From positions 14,686,373-14,750,372 of the forward strand of contig MU053881.1 of NCBI GenBank assembly GCA_013239625.1: a stretch of DNA of 64,000 nt, read 5' to 3'. Positions 11,236-25,200 of this stretch are shown here, one piece after another. The notes beneath the pieces were generated by a model. It did no database searches. It saw only the letters and a list, made by a program, of their open reading frames with translations, and was not told the DNA's origin. Every line of letters starts with the position of its first letter. The first letter of the stretch is position 1. The DNA comes from Lama guanicoe. Its lineage: Eukaryota. The position numbers were made by a program, and so were the translations under genes.

Positions 11236-13293
11236 CTAAAATTTTCTTTTATAAGAGGAAATTTGGACATGAACCTGCACAGAAGAAAGACAAGGAGAAG
11301 ACACAGAGAAGACAGACTTCTAGCTAGAAGTCAAGAACAGACCTAGAACACATCCTTCCCTTGTGGCCCTCAGAAGGAAGATTTTAGACCTCTGCCTTCC
11401 AGGACTGTGAAAAAATACATTTCTGTTGTTTTAAGCCACCCAGGTACTTTGTCACGGTGGCCACAGGAAACTCGGACAGCGAAGGACAGTGGTGTAAACG
11501 GATACCATCTCCTTGCAGGAGTATCTGGCATTTCTATTTCTCTTTGGATAGATTCCCCCCAAAGATGACCCTATCTTGAGGATTCAGGGCCCTTGGCTCA
11601 CCTGAGAGGTGACTCCAGGAAGCAGCGATGAGGGTGAGGATGTGAGACAGGGAGGGAAGGAGTCCTGCAGGGGGCGTCAATGAGCAGGTGACTCTAGGCA
11701 ATCTAGACTGGGTCCTGCTGGAGACCTGAGGGGCACAAGCATAGCACACGGCCTGAGAGTCGTTCCACCCCAGTGGCAAGGGGCTGCACCACGTACCCTC
11801 CAGCTGTCTACAGTCATTAGCTCCTGTGGGGAAGCCCCCAGGCTGAGTCAAAGTGGCTTCCAGGGAAGAGCAGTTGGCGGGAACTATAAATGCTGGGGCT
11901 GGCACTGGCAACATAAGCTACACTATTAATATATCCTTGATCTTTACTGCGCAATTTTGTTCCTAGAAACTTACCCCACAGGCACACTAGCTTATGAACT
12001 AAATGCCAAATTTTCACATACAAGGAAATTTGTTGAAAGTGCCAGGAAACCTGTTTTAAATAGAGGATAAAGTGACATGTTGCTGGAAGTTGAGAGGCAG
12101 CTCAGCTTCAGGTAAAGCTGAATCCAGCAGCCCTGACAATGTCACCAAGAATCCAATTTCTCTGCTCATCTCTGCTCTACTTTCTGCAGTAGAGCAGCTT
12201 CATGCTGGGATTTGTTCTTACTTTGCGGCCACAAGATAGTGCCAACAACCACCTGGAGTTGGGGTTTCTTCCCCTGGGACCAGTGGGAGAGGATGTTTGC
12301 ATCCAATAGCTCTCCTTGGAAGAGGCTAGCAAACATCTTTATTGTCACAGGCCCAGCTGGGGTCAAGTGCCCACCTCTGCATATTAGGGTATGCCACAGT
12401 GGTGGTGGGAAATGGGGAGGTGTTGACCCCCCCCCAGGCTCAGGAGCTGGTGCAAGAAGTGGGGCTGACTAGAAATCGGAGTGGATGTTGGGGGCGAGCT
12501 CAGCAGCCCCCAGGAGCCACTACCATGTTGTCATGGCAACAACTTACTAACAACCGAGCTGCCTGTCAATCAGGGATTGGTGGATCTCATCACAGGCCAT
12601 CCTCCAGGAAAACACCAAACTGTCACTAAACAGTGAGACCTGTACACATCAGGGACCAATGTGCAAGAAATAAACTGGATGAAAGCACCAGAGCAGAGCA
12701 GCAAGGGGGAAGCTCAGTGGAGCCACCCAGCACCCTGTACCACCATGCGAGCGCACACACACACAGCCCCCCAAACGCATGCGCACACGCAGACACTAGT
12801 GCTCACCTGGCTGCCCTGCCTGCCCACGAGCACAGGGAGGTTCCCATTGTCCGCCTCTGGCTGGGTAACCCCTGTAAGTGGTCCTGGACAATGGGCTGCA
12901 GAGGAACCGAGTCTCAGTGGCCCCTGGGAGCTCTCTGGTGGCCTCATCCAGGCCAGCCACCCTGGGGGAGGACCTGACACTGAGGCCCGAAGCCTCAGCC
13001 AGTTGTGGAGCAGAGCCCCCAGCAGGTCACCAACAAGGGGCTCAGAAGAGAGAAATCATAGGACTTCTGGGCAGTGCTCGCTGAAGCAGGACACAGCCAT
13101 CCAGAATGACATCCAAAGTGACAAGTGTGTGTACGCAGGATCTCTCCAGGAGACAGGAGAAACTGGTAACAGCCCCTGTGAAGGGAACTGGGAGGCAGAC
13201 CTACTTTTCATAGTAAACTGTGCAGTTTGCACTTTGTAGCAAATCATAAACTGGTTTAACAATCCATACAACAGTTACATTAAAAAAAAAAGG

Positions 13294-13299
13294 TTTATT
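13294..13299 (-). terminator. Candidate SLC25A42 polyadenylation signal (further AATAAA at 13410-13415 and 14145-14150)
   Basis: tttatt on + strand = AATAAA on - strand, 1.3-2.1 kb after the stop codon. Confidence 0.55.
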
Positions 13300-15409
13300 G
13301 AAGCCTCTGTTCAAAAATCTGTCAAAATAACTTCAAACCTGTTTTTGGTTCGGGGAGGGTGAGGGTAAGAGCAGAAGAGACATGGGCAGGAGAAAAAGTC
13401 ATTTTAATTTTTATTAAATATACTCTCTTGGCACAAATCTTTAAAATATATAAACATTATATATAAACAAAGTGTCTTCATGGCATTAAATGTAACTGCA
13501 AATCAGGACAGGCAACCAATGGAGAGCAGTGTGACTACTGGGGGGCCCCCTGCCCGGCTGTGTGCAGGGCTGGGGGGAGGGGCAGCGCTACACTGGCCCA
13601 TTTGGCTGGGAGCCACCTCGGGGAGGCACGCCAGGTCCAGTCATCCTGAGGGACCCTCCCTGCTCCGGCCCAGCCTGCAGTTCAACAGGGGGCGCTGCTT
13701 AACCATCCATTTGGTCTCACCCGCCTGGGGTGGACTCCATCACTGCTGCTCTCGCCTGGATGCCCTCGAGTCCCCATCCCATCTCTCTGTGAAGGGCACC
13801 TCTGCCTCCCCTGAGCACTGGGCAAGGCTGGGAGGAGGTGGTTGAATGCTCACCCCACAGGACAGCCATCACAGGCTGCCCAGGCTGCTGGGAACAAAGA
13901 TGGGGCTGGCTGGTGGAAAAATGCAGGCAGCACAGAAAGAGCGGTCCTCACACCCACAGGACTAAGGCATGAAAAACAGAAATGGGGCAGAATGAAGGGA
14001 GGAAATGAAAATCACAATTGGAAATTCATTTGTGGCTGCAAACATACTGTCTCGGACCCTTTCACACATCATGGCTGCTAAGCCAACCGTGAAAACGGAC
14101 CCTCTGGTAGCCCTGGTCCTGGACCCAGACTGACCTGATCAAGGTTTATTGTGTCTAGACCCAGGGCCAGTCAAATTTAAAAGCAAACCCCTCCAAAATC
14201 AAACTCCAAACATCATTAGGAACCAGGTGTCTCGGAGTCCCCAGCAGGCCCCAGGGGGCTCCTCTGTGAGACCAGCTCCTTGGGGCACTCTGACTCTTCG
14301 AGCTTCCTGCCCCCAGGCCAGGCGCTGTCTCAGCGGCTGTCACTTTGGGAGAATCGAGGCTGCCAGCTGCCTCTGTGTACTCCATTCACGGGAAGCCAGA
14401 CAACGCCACTGGGCCTCAAACCGTCCCATGTCCCAGCCAAGTAACCACTCAGGTGGGGAGCCAGGGATATGCCAGGTGCCATGGGCCTCCCTCAGGAGCC
14501 ACTGTGCCTAAGGGCAGAGGGTCAGGGCCCAAGGCCTGGCCTCCATTAGTGCAGCCCGTGGGGTGCAGACAGGAAGTTCTGGGCCCAGAGCAGGCAACCC
14601 AGGCAGATGCCCCTAGCTTGGGGCTCAGACCTAAACCTATTGCGATTCCTCAAACCCTGTTGACTGGAGGAGGCGTGACCCTCCTGGGAACATTACAAAC
14701 CAGGTTGGGGGCCGTGGGGGGGAACAGAGAGGAAGACCTAATCCTAGGTAGAGTCTGGGATAGGGATAACACTCTTAGGAGAAGGCTGTTCCCCAGTGGG
14801 AGGCTCTGGGGACAGAATCATGTCACCTGGGAAGTAATGGTGAAGACAGCAAAGGCGGGGTGGGCAGGACAGGGGAGGGAGAGGCTGCATTTGCAGCCAT
14901 AGCTGAGCAGGAGGCTGATCTCACTGGGGACAGGGCAGGAGGCCAGGCCTCTCCCCCACACCCTCTGGAGCTTCCCCCGCCCCTGAGCAGAGACTCAGAA
15001 CAGCAAGGGGCGGGCAAGGTCTGGCTCTGAGCCCAGTGGGTACCGGGCCACTAGAATCAGGAGCCTGTCCAAGGGCACAAAGGGCACCAGGAGGCAGTGC
15101 TGGCAACTCATGACTCAGGGCGTTTAGGGTAATACCTCCAGGGGCAGCCCCAGCCCTGCTGAGGCTGGAAGAACAAAGCATGGGAGCCCTGGCCCCCCAG
15201 TCCCAACAATGCACTTCAAGGGCCACTGGCTTTTCTGTCAGACCTGTGCGCACTGAGCCCAGGCCCCCTCAACCCCTGCTTGTTCCACAAGGTGCATCTG
15301 TGCGGCCCGGGATGGAACCCAGCGTACCCTCGCTCCCGGGGCTCAGAAACCAAAGGGGTCAGCGGTCCACCGCCAACTGAAGCTTGAAAGCAGCTGACCC
15401 CACTGGCCC

Positions 15410-15829
<420 letters not shown>

Positions 15830-16642
15830 TCACAGTGCGTTTCAAGACCCAACCAGTTTGCCTGGGTCCTCCCACCTGGGCCATGGCCTCCCTACTCCCA
15901 CACCTCCAGGTCACTTGTTTGTAATCAAATTTGAGAAGTAAAAGATTTTAAGACAGAAGAGCACAAAGAATTATATAACCAAGTCCTGAGACCCAGAACG
16001 AGCTCATACTCAGTCATTCTTGTTTTGGGTCTAGCAAAGAAGGAAAACGTTGCTCGTGTCCATAACCCTCTCCACCTCCCAGCCAGCCCTACGGGAGCCA
16101 TCCAAACAGGCGCTGTGAGGACATGTGGGCAGGAAGGACGAAGGAGCAGCAACAGATCAACAGGGGTCCTTTAAAAATGTGTTGTAAATTTGAAACTAGG
16201 ATTTAAAAACCAGGGAGACTACTTATTCCCTCAGCAGACGGGCAAAACATGAAGGAACCTGCCAGCACCACGAGGGGTGTGACGCGGGTCGGGGGAGGAC
16301 CCTAGGGCAAGTGCAGCCCTTGGAAGAGGAGAGGGTGGAGAGGAAAACCAAAAACAGGGTCTCACACCCACACAGAGATGAGCGCCTGGGATGTCAGCTG
16401 ATCACCAGAAACCCAAAATAGCAGCCCACCCCCTAATAAGGAGGCCTCAATGCGGAGGGGACTGGGGATCTGTTACAGGGAACCTCAGCTTTACGTGAAA
16501 CATTTTAACAGAAAACATGTTGGAGCAAATAAGGCAGAATATTAATGCCTGATCATACCAAGCGACAGGTACAAGCAGGGTTATGGTGTTTGTACTTTTC
16601 CAGTTTCTCAAAATTATCAAAAGAAACGGAGGACACTTCCTA

Positions 16643-17089
<447 letters not shown>

Positions 17090-17568
17090 TCAACTGGGAT
17101 TGAGACTCTCTAATTCTCGGCTCCTCCCACTTCAGGGGGGGCCGGAAGTTGACAGAACCCCCTGGTAGAAGTTTTGCCACTGGAGGGGGCCATGTGGCCT
17201 AAGGCCATACTCCACCTTCACCATCAGCATCCCTCTGCTGTGCTCAGCCCTTGTCTTTTGGTCGGATGTATTTTTAACATGTCTGTGCCCAACTCAACAT
17301 GAAGACTTTGGGTTTGATGGAAGCAGAAACTGACCCCCAAGCTAAGAGATCCAATTACTGTCTTTCTGGAACCGCTGCAGAGCTGTACACCTGGCCTGCC
17401 CCATGGTACCCGGCAAGGTCCGGGCGGCAGTCTTGGCACCGCTTCATCTGCTGTCGGATGCGGAGGCCTGGAGCCAAACCCCAGGGTTCTTGATGGAGAC
17501 AGCCAACCTGGAAGCCCCACTAGACAGAGCTCCTGGTGCCAGTGTTAGTGTCACCATGGTAGGGCTTA

Positions 17569-18039
<471 letters not shown>

Positions 18040-18043
18040 TCAC

Positions 18044-18210
18044 TCTCCGCGGAAGCCGTAGTAACGGCCCAGGATGCGCTTGTACTCCTCGTGCGCGCTG
18101 AACTGGATGGCTGCGTAGGGCACCACGCGCACCATGGTGGCCGAGTTTCCGCGCCACAGGCTGAGGACGCCTTCGTTGAGGTAGGTGAAGTAGATGAGCC
18201 GGAAGGCCTC
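18044..18210 (-). CDS. SLC25A42: SLC25A42 coding exon (167 nt)
   Basis: ccccag|GAG GCC TTC ... GGA GA|gtgagc; [55 protein letters not shown]. Confidence 0.95.
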
Positions 18211-18867
18211 CTGGGGGGAGAACAGGGGAGAGGGGCAAGGTCAACGCCCTCAGCCTCCACCTGCCTCTCCCGAGCATCGCCCATGCTAGCAGAGCGCAGA
18301 GCACGGACCTCCCCTGCCCACCTCGCCTGCATTCTCTGGGCCCAGCATGGGACAGCAACCCCCTCCGCCCCAGTCAATCCTCTGGCCTTGGGAATGGTAA
18401 AGTGAGCCTGGAACCACATTTGCAAAGTAGACTGACAGCCCTGCCCAGAGGACGTTGTTGGTGTTTGGTAGTCTAGCTTTTAAAACTACTCTTTCTTTTC
18501 CTTTACTAAGAAGATGACACCTGCTCTGTGTTTAAAAATAAATCAGATATGAAAACTGAGTTTAGACTGTCAAGTCCTCTTGCCACTGCCCCCAGGATAG
18601 GTGGGTCTCCTGTCAATTCCCAGGGTGGGCTGTGTCCAGGAAGAGCTCAGGGTGCGAGACAGTGGCCGTGGCCCTGGTGCCTGGCAGGGGAGGCCTGGTC
18701 ACCCAGCAGCAGCCCTGGAGCTGGCCCGGGCCTAGGGGGATCCAATGGGAAAAAGCACCTTAAAAAGCCTTTCCCCAACCCCCACCACTTTCCTTCTCTG
18801 CCTGCGCCAGCCCAGCAGGGCGGAAGGTGAAGGCCCCAGAGCTGGGGTCTGTGACCTAGTGGCTCAC

Positions 18868-18893
18868 CTTGGCAGAAAATCTTTTTGAGGACA
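18868..18893 (-). CDS. SLC25A42: SLC25A42 26-nt micro-exon
   Basis: tttccag|TG TCC TCA AAA AGA TTT TCT GCC AAG|gtgagc; VSSKRFSAK; needed to keep frame between flanking exons. Confidence 0.93.
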
Positions 18894-19994
18894 CTGGAAA
18901 AAAAACAAAAACACAACAGAGTGTGAGATATGAGGATGGGACACCCCAGGCTGCCTGACCCCCACCGCAGGGTTCTGGTCTGAGCATGGGGAATGAGAGT
19001 AGCCCCTGGGGATGCCCCCCACCCCCACAAGGGCTGAGGTGGGGGCAACCTTGCAATGTCACCCTCCTCCCAGGAACCTTCTCCCCTCTTCATGGCCATG
19101 CCCCTCTGCACACCAACTTCTCCCCAGGAAGGGGAGTCCAGCTGCCACCTGACCCTTCAGGACAGTGAGGTTCTCTGCAGGAGCTGCAAGGATGCATCTC
19201 TGGGGGGTGGACATCCAGCAGCCCCCAACCTGACTGGACTCCAATTCTACCAAACCCCTCTGGGGAGGTGTCCCAGCCATCAACCATGCCGGGGTCAGCC
19301 AAGGGCCTCCGGCTCCCTCAGAACATCTGGGGTCTGCCCCATCTTCTCCAAGGCTTGGCACAGACTGCCCTAATCCCCATCTACTACCCTCTATGGCTGC
19401 CTGGCTTACGGCCCCCACTCCATGGTGAGCTCTGTCACCAGGGGCTGGAGCCACAATGGCCACGAGGACCCAGAAACACAAGCCATGAGGGGTCTCTGTC
19501 TCGCAATGCCCCCATCTCACTTCCCCAGTGTCTGCCCTATTCCCAGGACACCCCTGTACTCCCATCTGCGTGGACATGTGCACACCTCCTGTCTTCGAAG
19601 TTAAACACAGCTCCCTGCGGGGTGCTACACTGAGCGGTTGTTCCAGTAACAAAACAGCCGATGGAGGGCGTGCGTGCTCAGCTGCACGCCGGCCCTTTCC
19701 CGTGGCAGCTTACTCCTCTGTGGGGACAGGGTTGACAGCAATGTTTCTGTTTTACAGTGAGGAAACAGGCCCAGAGAGGCTAGGGGACCAGCTTGAGGAA
19801 GTGGGGAGGGACTGGCTCGAGTCTGCAGTTCTCTCCTCCCAAACAACTGAGGGGGCAAGGGTCCCAGGTTGTGACCGTCCTTCTGCCTGGCGCTGTGCAG
19901 GCACTGGTCACCATCTGTGGGACAAAAAGGCCTCATCTTCAGGGGACCCTGTGCTTGCTTAACCCTAAGGAAGGAGGGAGATGGTTTCTTGAAC

Positions 19995-20395
19995 TCTGAC
20001 CCCCCAAAAGATACGTCCATGTCCTCATCCCCAGCACCCATGAATGTGACCTTAAGTGGAAACAGTGTCTTTGCAAATGTAATTAAATTAAACTGAGGTC
20101 ATACTAGAGTAGGGTGGGCTCTAATCTAATGACAGTGTGCTTATAAGAAAAGGAGAGGGTCCAGACACAGAGGGTAAGGCAGAGGTTGGAGGGATGCGGC
20201 CACAAGCCAAGGATGCCTGGAGCCACCAGAAGCTGGAAGAGGTGAGGAAGGATACTTTCTCAGGGCCCCAGAAGGAATCAACCCTAGAGACACCTTGAAT
20301 TTGGAATTCTGGCCTCCAGAAAGTGAGAGAATAAATTCCTATTGCTCTAAGCTGCCTGATTTGTGGTACATTGTGACTCCAGTCCTAAACATTAA
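19995..20395 (+). mobile_element. MLT1-type MaLR LTR
   Basis: ccccaaaagatacgtccatgtcc, gccacaagccaaggatgcctggagccaccagaagctggaagagg, tggcctccagaa...gagagaataaatt. Confidence 0.85.
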
Positions 20396-20607
20396 TAGAC
20401 TTTCTAAGTTGATTCTTGTTTTTTAAAAAACACCTTTATTGTGGTATAATTCCTATACAGTAAACCACACATATTTCAGATGTATCTAAGTGGATTCTAA
20501 AAAGGCATCTTAAAAACCAATTTGCAGTGCAGTTTGGGGGCCCATGGAGGAGGGTGACTGCCTGGTAGCTTCTCTATTGCATGGCATAGATGACAGGCAG
20601 CATTTAC

Positions 20608-20713
20608 CTTGGAAGATGATTTTGGTTCGGTCCAGAGGAGCTACTGCTGTTTTGGCAAGAGCGCCAGCCAGGGCCCCGGACAAGAGGGAGCGGAGAACTT
20701 GCCTGTGATCACT
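20608..20713 (-). CDS. SLC25A42: SLC25A42 coding exon (106 nt)
   Basis: ttgcag|AGT GAT CAC ... TTC CAA G|gtaaat; [35 protein letters not shown]; carrier signature PLDRTK. Confidence 0.95.
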
Positions 20714-22929
20714 CTGCAAGAAAACACACGGACATGCGGTCTGTTGTCAGAGAGGGAGCGGAGGTGTCTGCTCTGTTGAGGACAATTTCCAGGAGGAACA
20801 TTTTCCTTCTCCCCCTGGTCCAGGGCTGCCAGATACATTGTGGCTGGAGTGACACAGCTCTGCTGGACCCTGGGCATGCTGGGGCACAGGGTGAGCTGTG
20901 GTGGGTCCAGTGGCCACGGAGCCTGGTGTGCCACAGGGAAAGCCTCCTGAGCCACAGGGACCATCCACACAAGAGGTAATGCACTGGCTGGGCTGCTCTG
21001 TGAGGTTCCAAGTCCTCAGAGACAGCCTAAAATGGGACTGACTACAAATGCAAGAGTCACCCCTGGCCTGTTCCACTTGCAAGCTTTGATTCCACCCACT
21101 GCCCGTCTGTGAGGGACTCTCACGCTGCAGCGTTTCAGGGCAAAGGATCCTTGTGGTCAGGGGGTTGGGCAGGGGGTATCAGGGAAGCAGATCCTGACTC
21201 TGTTCAGCGTGTCCTCTTTCCACAGCTTTCTATCAAGACTTCTAGGGTGGATGTCTGTGGCTCTTCATCCAACCAAGGCGAGGGTGATGGTGACAGTGAC
21301 GTGGCTGACTGGCACTGTGTGCATCTGCGGCCATCCTCAGAGCCAGTGCCTTCCCAGGTCTTTCTGAGGCTCCCTGAGCCCTGGCTCAAACAGCCCTTCT
21401 TCTTTTGAGGCCCATGGAGCCCTGAGTCGTTGCACAGGAAGCCACTGGCTCATCCAGTTGGTGTCTCCATTCCACTGCTGACTCAGCCACAGAACCTGTC
21501 CTCACTCGGCAGCGAGCAGGGGTGGTGAGGAGCAGAGAGCTCAGTGATCCCAGGAATCTGCAAAGTCCATGAGGACCAGGTGCCCTCAGGGCCTGGGGAC
21601 ACACAGTGAGGGGCAGGGGTATGTATGAATCCCCCCTCCCCCCGCCACCAGGCTGCCAGTCCACAGGGGAAGCCAGACATGAACTAATTCTTCAGACAAA
21701 TGCGTGCAGAGTCACCGGTCTTGGAGGGGCTAGGAGGAGGGGGCTCAGGGTTCCGGGAGAATGCAGAGTAGTGGGTAAGGGGCTGAGGTTGAAGGATGAG
21801 GTGCAGCTAACTGTGGTGTGTGTGTGTGAGACAGGGAGGAATGGAACACTCAGAGGCAGTGGTGAGAAGGGGTAGGGGGCCCTGGGGGACCACAAAGTGG
21901 GCAGGGTGGCTGACAGGGAAAAGAGATGAAATCTGGGTGGGGCTGGACCCCACAGAGTATGGGGGGCCTGGCAAGGAGGCTGGTCTTTGCCTAAAGAGAA
22001 ATGGAGAAGTGTGAAGGGGAACAGGCTGTTTTAACTGTAACCAGAGAAAAGGCAGCTCCAGCAAAGCCCAGGATGGAGGCAGCAGAGGCTGGGACCAGGG
22101 CGGCTGAGAGCGGGGAGGGATGAGGTTTGGGTGGGTACAAATGGCAACGCCGGCGTCCAGACTGGGCCTCCACGTTTGCTCAGCTCAGCAGGAGGCTCAG
22201 GGGGAAGGGCTGGGTCTGTCCACAATCCTGGCCTGAGTCTGGGCTCTGTCCTGACTAACCACAGTGACGGGATGGCCCCTCTGGTCTCCTGTTCCTCATC
22301 TTTGATACAGTGAGGCGCTGTCTCCTGGCCCAGGTCCCAGATCTTATCCCAAGTGTCCCAGATGCTCGCAGTGGCCGTGTGCCCCACAACCTGGCCCTTT
22401 TCCCTTAATGCCCCCGGGTCCCCTCCACCAGCCCAGCCCACCTGTCCCTACAAACAACCTCCCACAGCTTCTGAGGTCGAGCTTCGCCATGGGGGTCCAT
22501 CTTCTTGCTTCACACAGGCCTGTTATTGGGGACCCGTGCCTTTTCTGGGTCACACAGGAAGGTTCTGGGTGTCTGGTCCCTTTGGCTTTGAGGGGTGTGG
22601 ACATCAGATGCCAGAAGGCTCGGTGGTGTTCCTGGCACCAGCTCTGAGGCCCAGCCGGCTCTCTGCCTTAATCTCCTGTCTGTGAATCAGTGTGGTGACT
22701 ACTCACCTCGAGCCGCTGTGAGCAGAGGATTCCTTCTGTGCGCCCCGTGGGCACTAGAAGGAGGGCCAATGTGTCCCTTCCATCTCCTTCACCAGGTTAC
22801 TTCCTGTGCAGTCTGGGTTCTTATAATCACAGGCCAGCTCTGCACATCGGGAACACACATGTCCTTAAACCCAAACTCTGGATGTGGAGCTCCAGGGACC
22901 CACTGTAAGCCCACAACACACGCTCCGTG

Positions 22930-23900
22930 GAGGAGGCCACCACTGCCGCCTCTGGATGCCCTTCCAGGGATTTGTAAACGACCACAGCCCCGCTTATTCT
23001 TTAAAGAGCTTGGCATCGGCATCACCAAACGGTCAGTGTCTCTGTATTCATCATATGAAGAGATCCTGCAGATGAAGAATGAGGCAGGCAGTCCGATGGA
23101 GAGGAAACGGATGATCCACAGACCAGATCCACGTGAACACCACAAGAAGATGCCCGGCTCCTTAACCAAAGAAATGGGACTTGGCACAGTGAGCTTCCTG
23201 CACTGGGCTGGCCAAGTAGACCAAGATTGATGTGGGTCATGCCAGCCAGCACAGGGGAAAACCAGTGCTGTGTGCGTCCCAGCACATGCCCAGCGTGGGG
23301 GCCCTTGCTGGGCACATCTGCTTGGTGAGATCCACATCCAGCGGCCAATGGAGGGAAGGCTACGTCTCCCTTATACTCTGCTGGGAAGTTCACTAAACTG
23401 TGAGGGATGGAGGTGACCATTCTGGAGCTCGCCCCCCACCGCCCAGTGTGGTGATGGTGGACCCAGACACTGGCCCTGAGAATCAGTTCTGCCCGCCTGG
23501 CACTCCACAGGGTGACGTGGAATTCGGGGATGATGCTGCTTTGGCCTTTGAGCCCACAGACTTTGAACACTGCTTGCAGGCACCTGAGCCAGCCTGGCAG
23601 CGAAGGTGGGTTTCTCTGTGGGGCTAGGTCAGCCTGTGTTCGAGGTTCAGCTGGGAGAACTTCTATGAGCTTCTCTGGTGCACAAGGACAGGGCTGGTTC
23701 AATTTCTTTATGAGGGAATAAACCTTTTCTTCTTCAACTGAAGGGCATAATCGCGACGAACCTCAGAGCTAAGAGTGAACTCCTCACCGCAGCCCCCTCC
23801 CCCGAGGCCCACCCCACCTCTGGCTAATTCTTTTGTGTTGGCAAACCTGAGACGGAAAAGAGGCACAAGGATACCTTTGACATCCCAGCCAAATGTGGAT
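22930..23900 (+). mobile_element. Highly decayed RTE-clade LINE reverse-transcriptase remnant (putative)
   Basis: Collinear RT-like peptides across shifting frames: QGFVNDHS, VSFLH, PASTGENQCCVRP, GEIHIQRPMEGRL, EVTILEL, VQFLYEGIN, TEGHNRDE, ANSF...LRRKRG. Confidence 0.55.
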
Positions 23901-24092
23901 GAGGTTTTGGCTTTTTGGCCAAGCAGTGGGCCACCCAGATCCACAGCACAAATGCGGCTATAAAAATGGAATCAAAAGCAGCCTGTGAACCCCACGGCCT
24001 CACCCTCAGTGTGTGTAGGGGGATCTGTAATATGGTGCGAGCACAGAAGAGAGACGTGGTGAGAACGCCCATGGGGAGGCTGGGGTACTTGC

Positions 24093-24173
24093 CTTTGAAG
24101 AGACAGATGAGGGCAGGACGGACTCAGCATCCTCACGCAAACGCACCACGCCTTCCTTCACACCATTACCCAT
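24093..24173 (-). CDS. SLC25A42: SLC25A42 first coding exon (whole exon 24093-24206 including 5'UTR)
   Basis: ccccag|gactga...ggaATG GGT AAT GGT GTG AAG ... TCA AAG|gcaagt; MGNGVKEGVVRLREDAESVLPSSVSSK; the seven exons sum to 957 nt = 318 aa + stop. Confidence 0.93.
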
Positions 24174-24904
24174 TCCAGGCCTGCTCAGGACGGTGGGGAC
24201 TCAGTCCTGGGGAGCAAGAGGGAGCAAAGTAAAAAGGTGGCCTCCCCCACAGGCCTGGGGTCTGTGACTCATCCTCAAATCCCGTGATGCCAGCAACACG
24301 CCAACCAGTGGCACGCTCCTCCTAACCTGGCTTCTGTCTCCCTGCAGGAGAAAGACATCCAAGCCTGCATCCTGATGCCAGTCCCCTGTGCTGATCACGC
24401 TGATAGCTTAATTGTTTACAAAAGCTTTTCTCATTGGCTGTTTGATTCTCACACACAGGCCTCTGTGTCGTCTGTTTTTTTCACCTAGTACCAACCGTCT
24501 AAATTGGCTCAGACAGGTTAAGCGGCCAAAAAGGTCACAGTAGGAGGCAGGGCTGTGGGGTGTGGAGGGGCCCCAACTGCCTGGAGCCCAATGCCTTCTG
24601 GGCTTATGCCATCTTGGACCTGAGATTTTGTCCACAGAAATACTTTAAGAAAATTAATCTTTTTCCTGCTGTGTGGCTGCCTGCTCTTTGCAGCCAAGCT
24701 TACAGTAAAGGGTCCTAATACTTGAGGATTCCTCCCTGGAAACCTACACGGAACCTCCCAGAAGAAGCACAGGTAAAGCTCAGCCAACTGCAGAGAGGGG
24801 ACCAGAAGGAAAAAAGGGTGAAGGCCTGGTATCATTGAGATGCCGCTGGGCACCGGTATGCTTGGAGGTCTCCGTTTCCATGCTTTAAAATTACCCAATG
24901 ACTG

Positions 24905-25200
24905 TTTCCTACCTAAAATGGGCTCTAAAATCAATGACAAGTAATCTGATAAGAGAGAGAAAAAGAGACACAAATGGGGAGGCCTTGTGAAGACAGAGAC
25001 AGAGGTTGGAGTGATAACACAAGCCAAGGAACACCTGGAGCAGAAAAGCTGGAGGAGACAAGGAAGGATCCTCCTCTAGAGCTTTCCCGGAGGGCATGGC
25101 CACACACCTTAACTGGGGACTCTGAGTGCCAGAACTTCCAGAGTTCTGTTGTCTTAAGCCAGTTTGTCGTAATCTGTCACAGCGGCAACAGGAAACTAAG
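24905..25200 (+). mobile_element. MLT1-type MaLR LTR fragment
   Basis: gtgaagacagagacagaggttggagtga...caagccaaggaacacctggag...ttctgttgtcttaagcc. Confidence 0.8.

Larger units (their letters stand above)
10555..11480 (+). mobile_element. MLT1-type MaLR LTR interrupted by two SINEs and an L1 3' fragment
   Basis: tatgggctgaattgtgttctcccc ... gtatttggaggtagggtcttt; resumes near 11250 and runs to ttaagccacccagg. Confidence 0.75.

Noticed and set aside
22595..23702. Three overlapping ORFs of 182-226 aa as a nested functional gene
   Set aside because: The RT-like motifs are scattered over several frames with stops and no intact YADD; a decayed LINE explains them better than a functional protein
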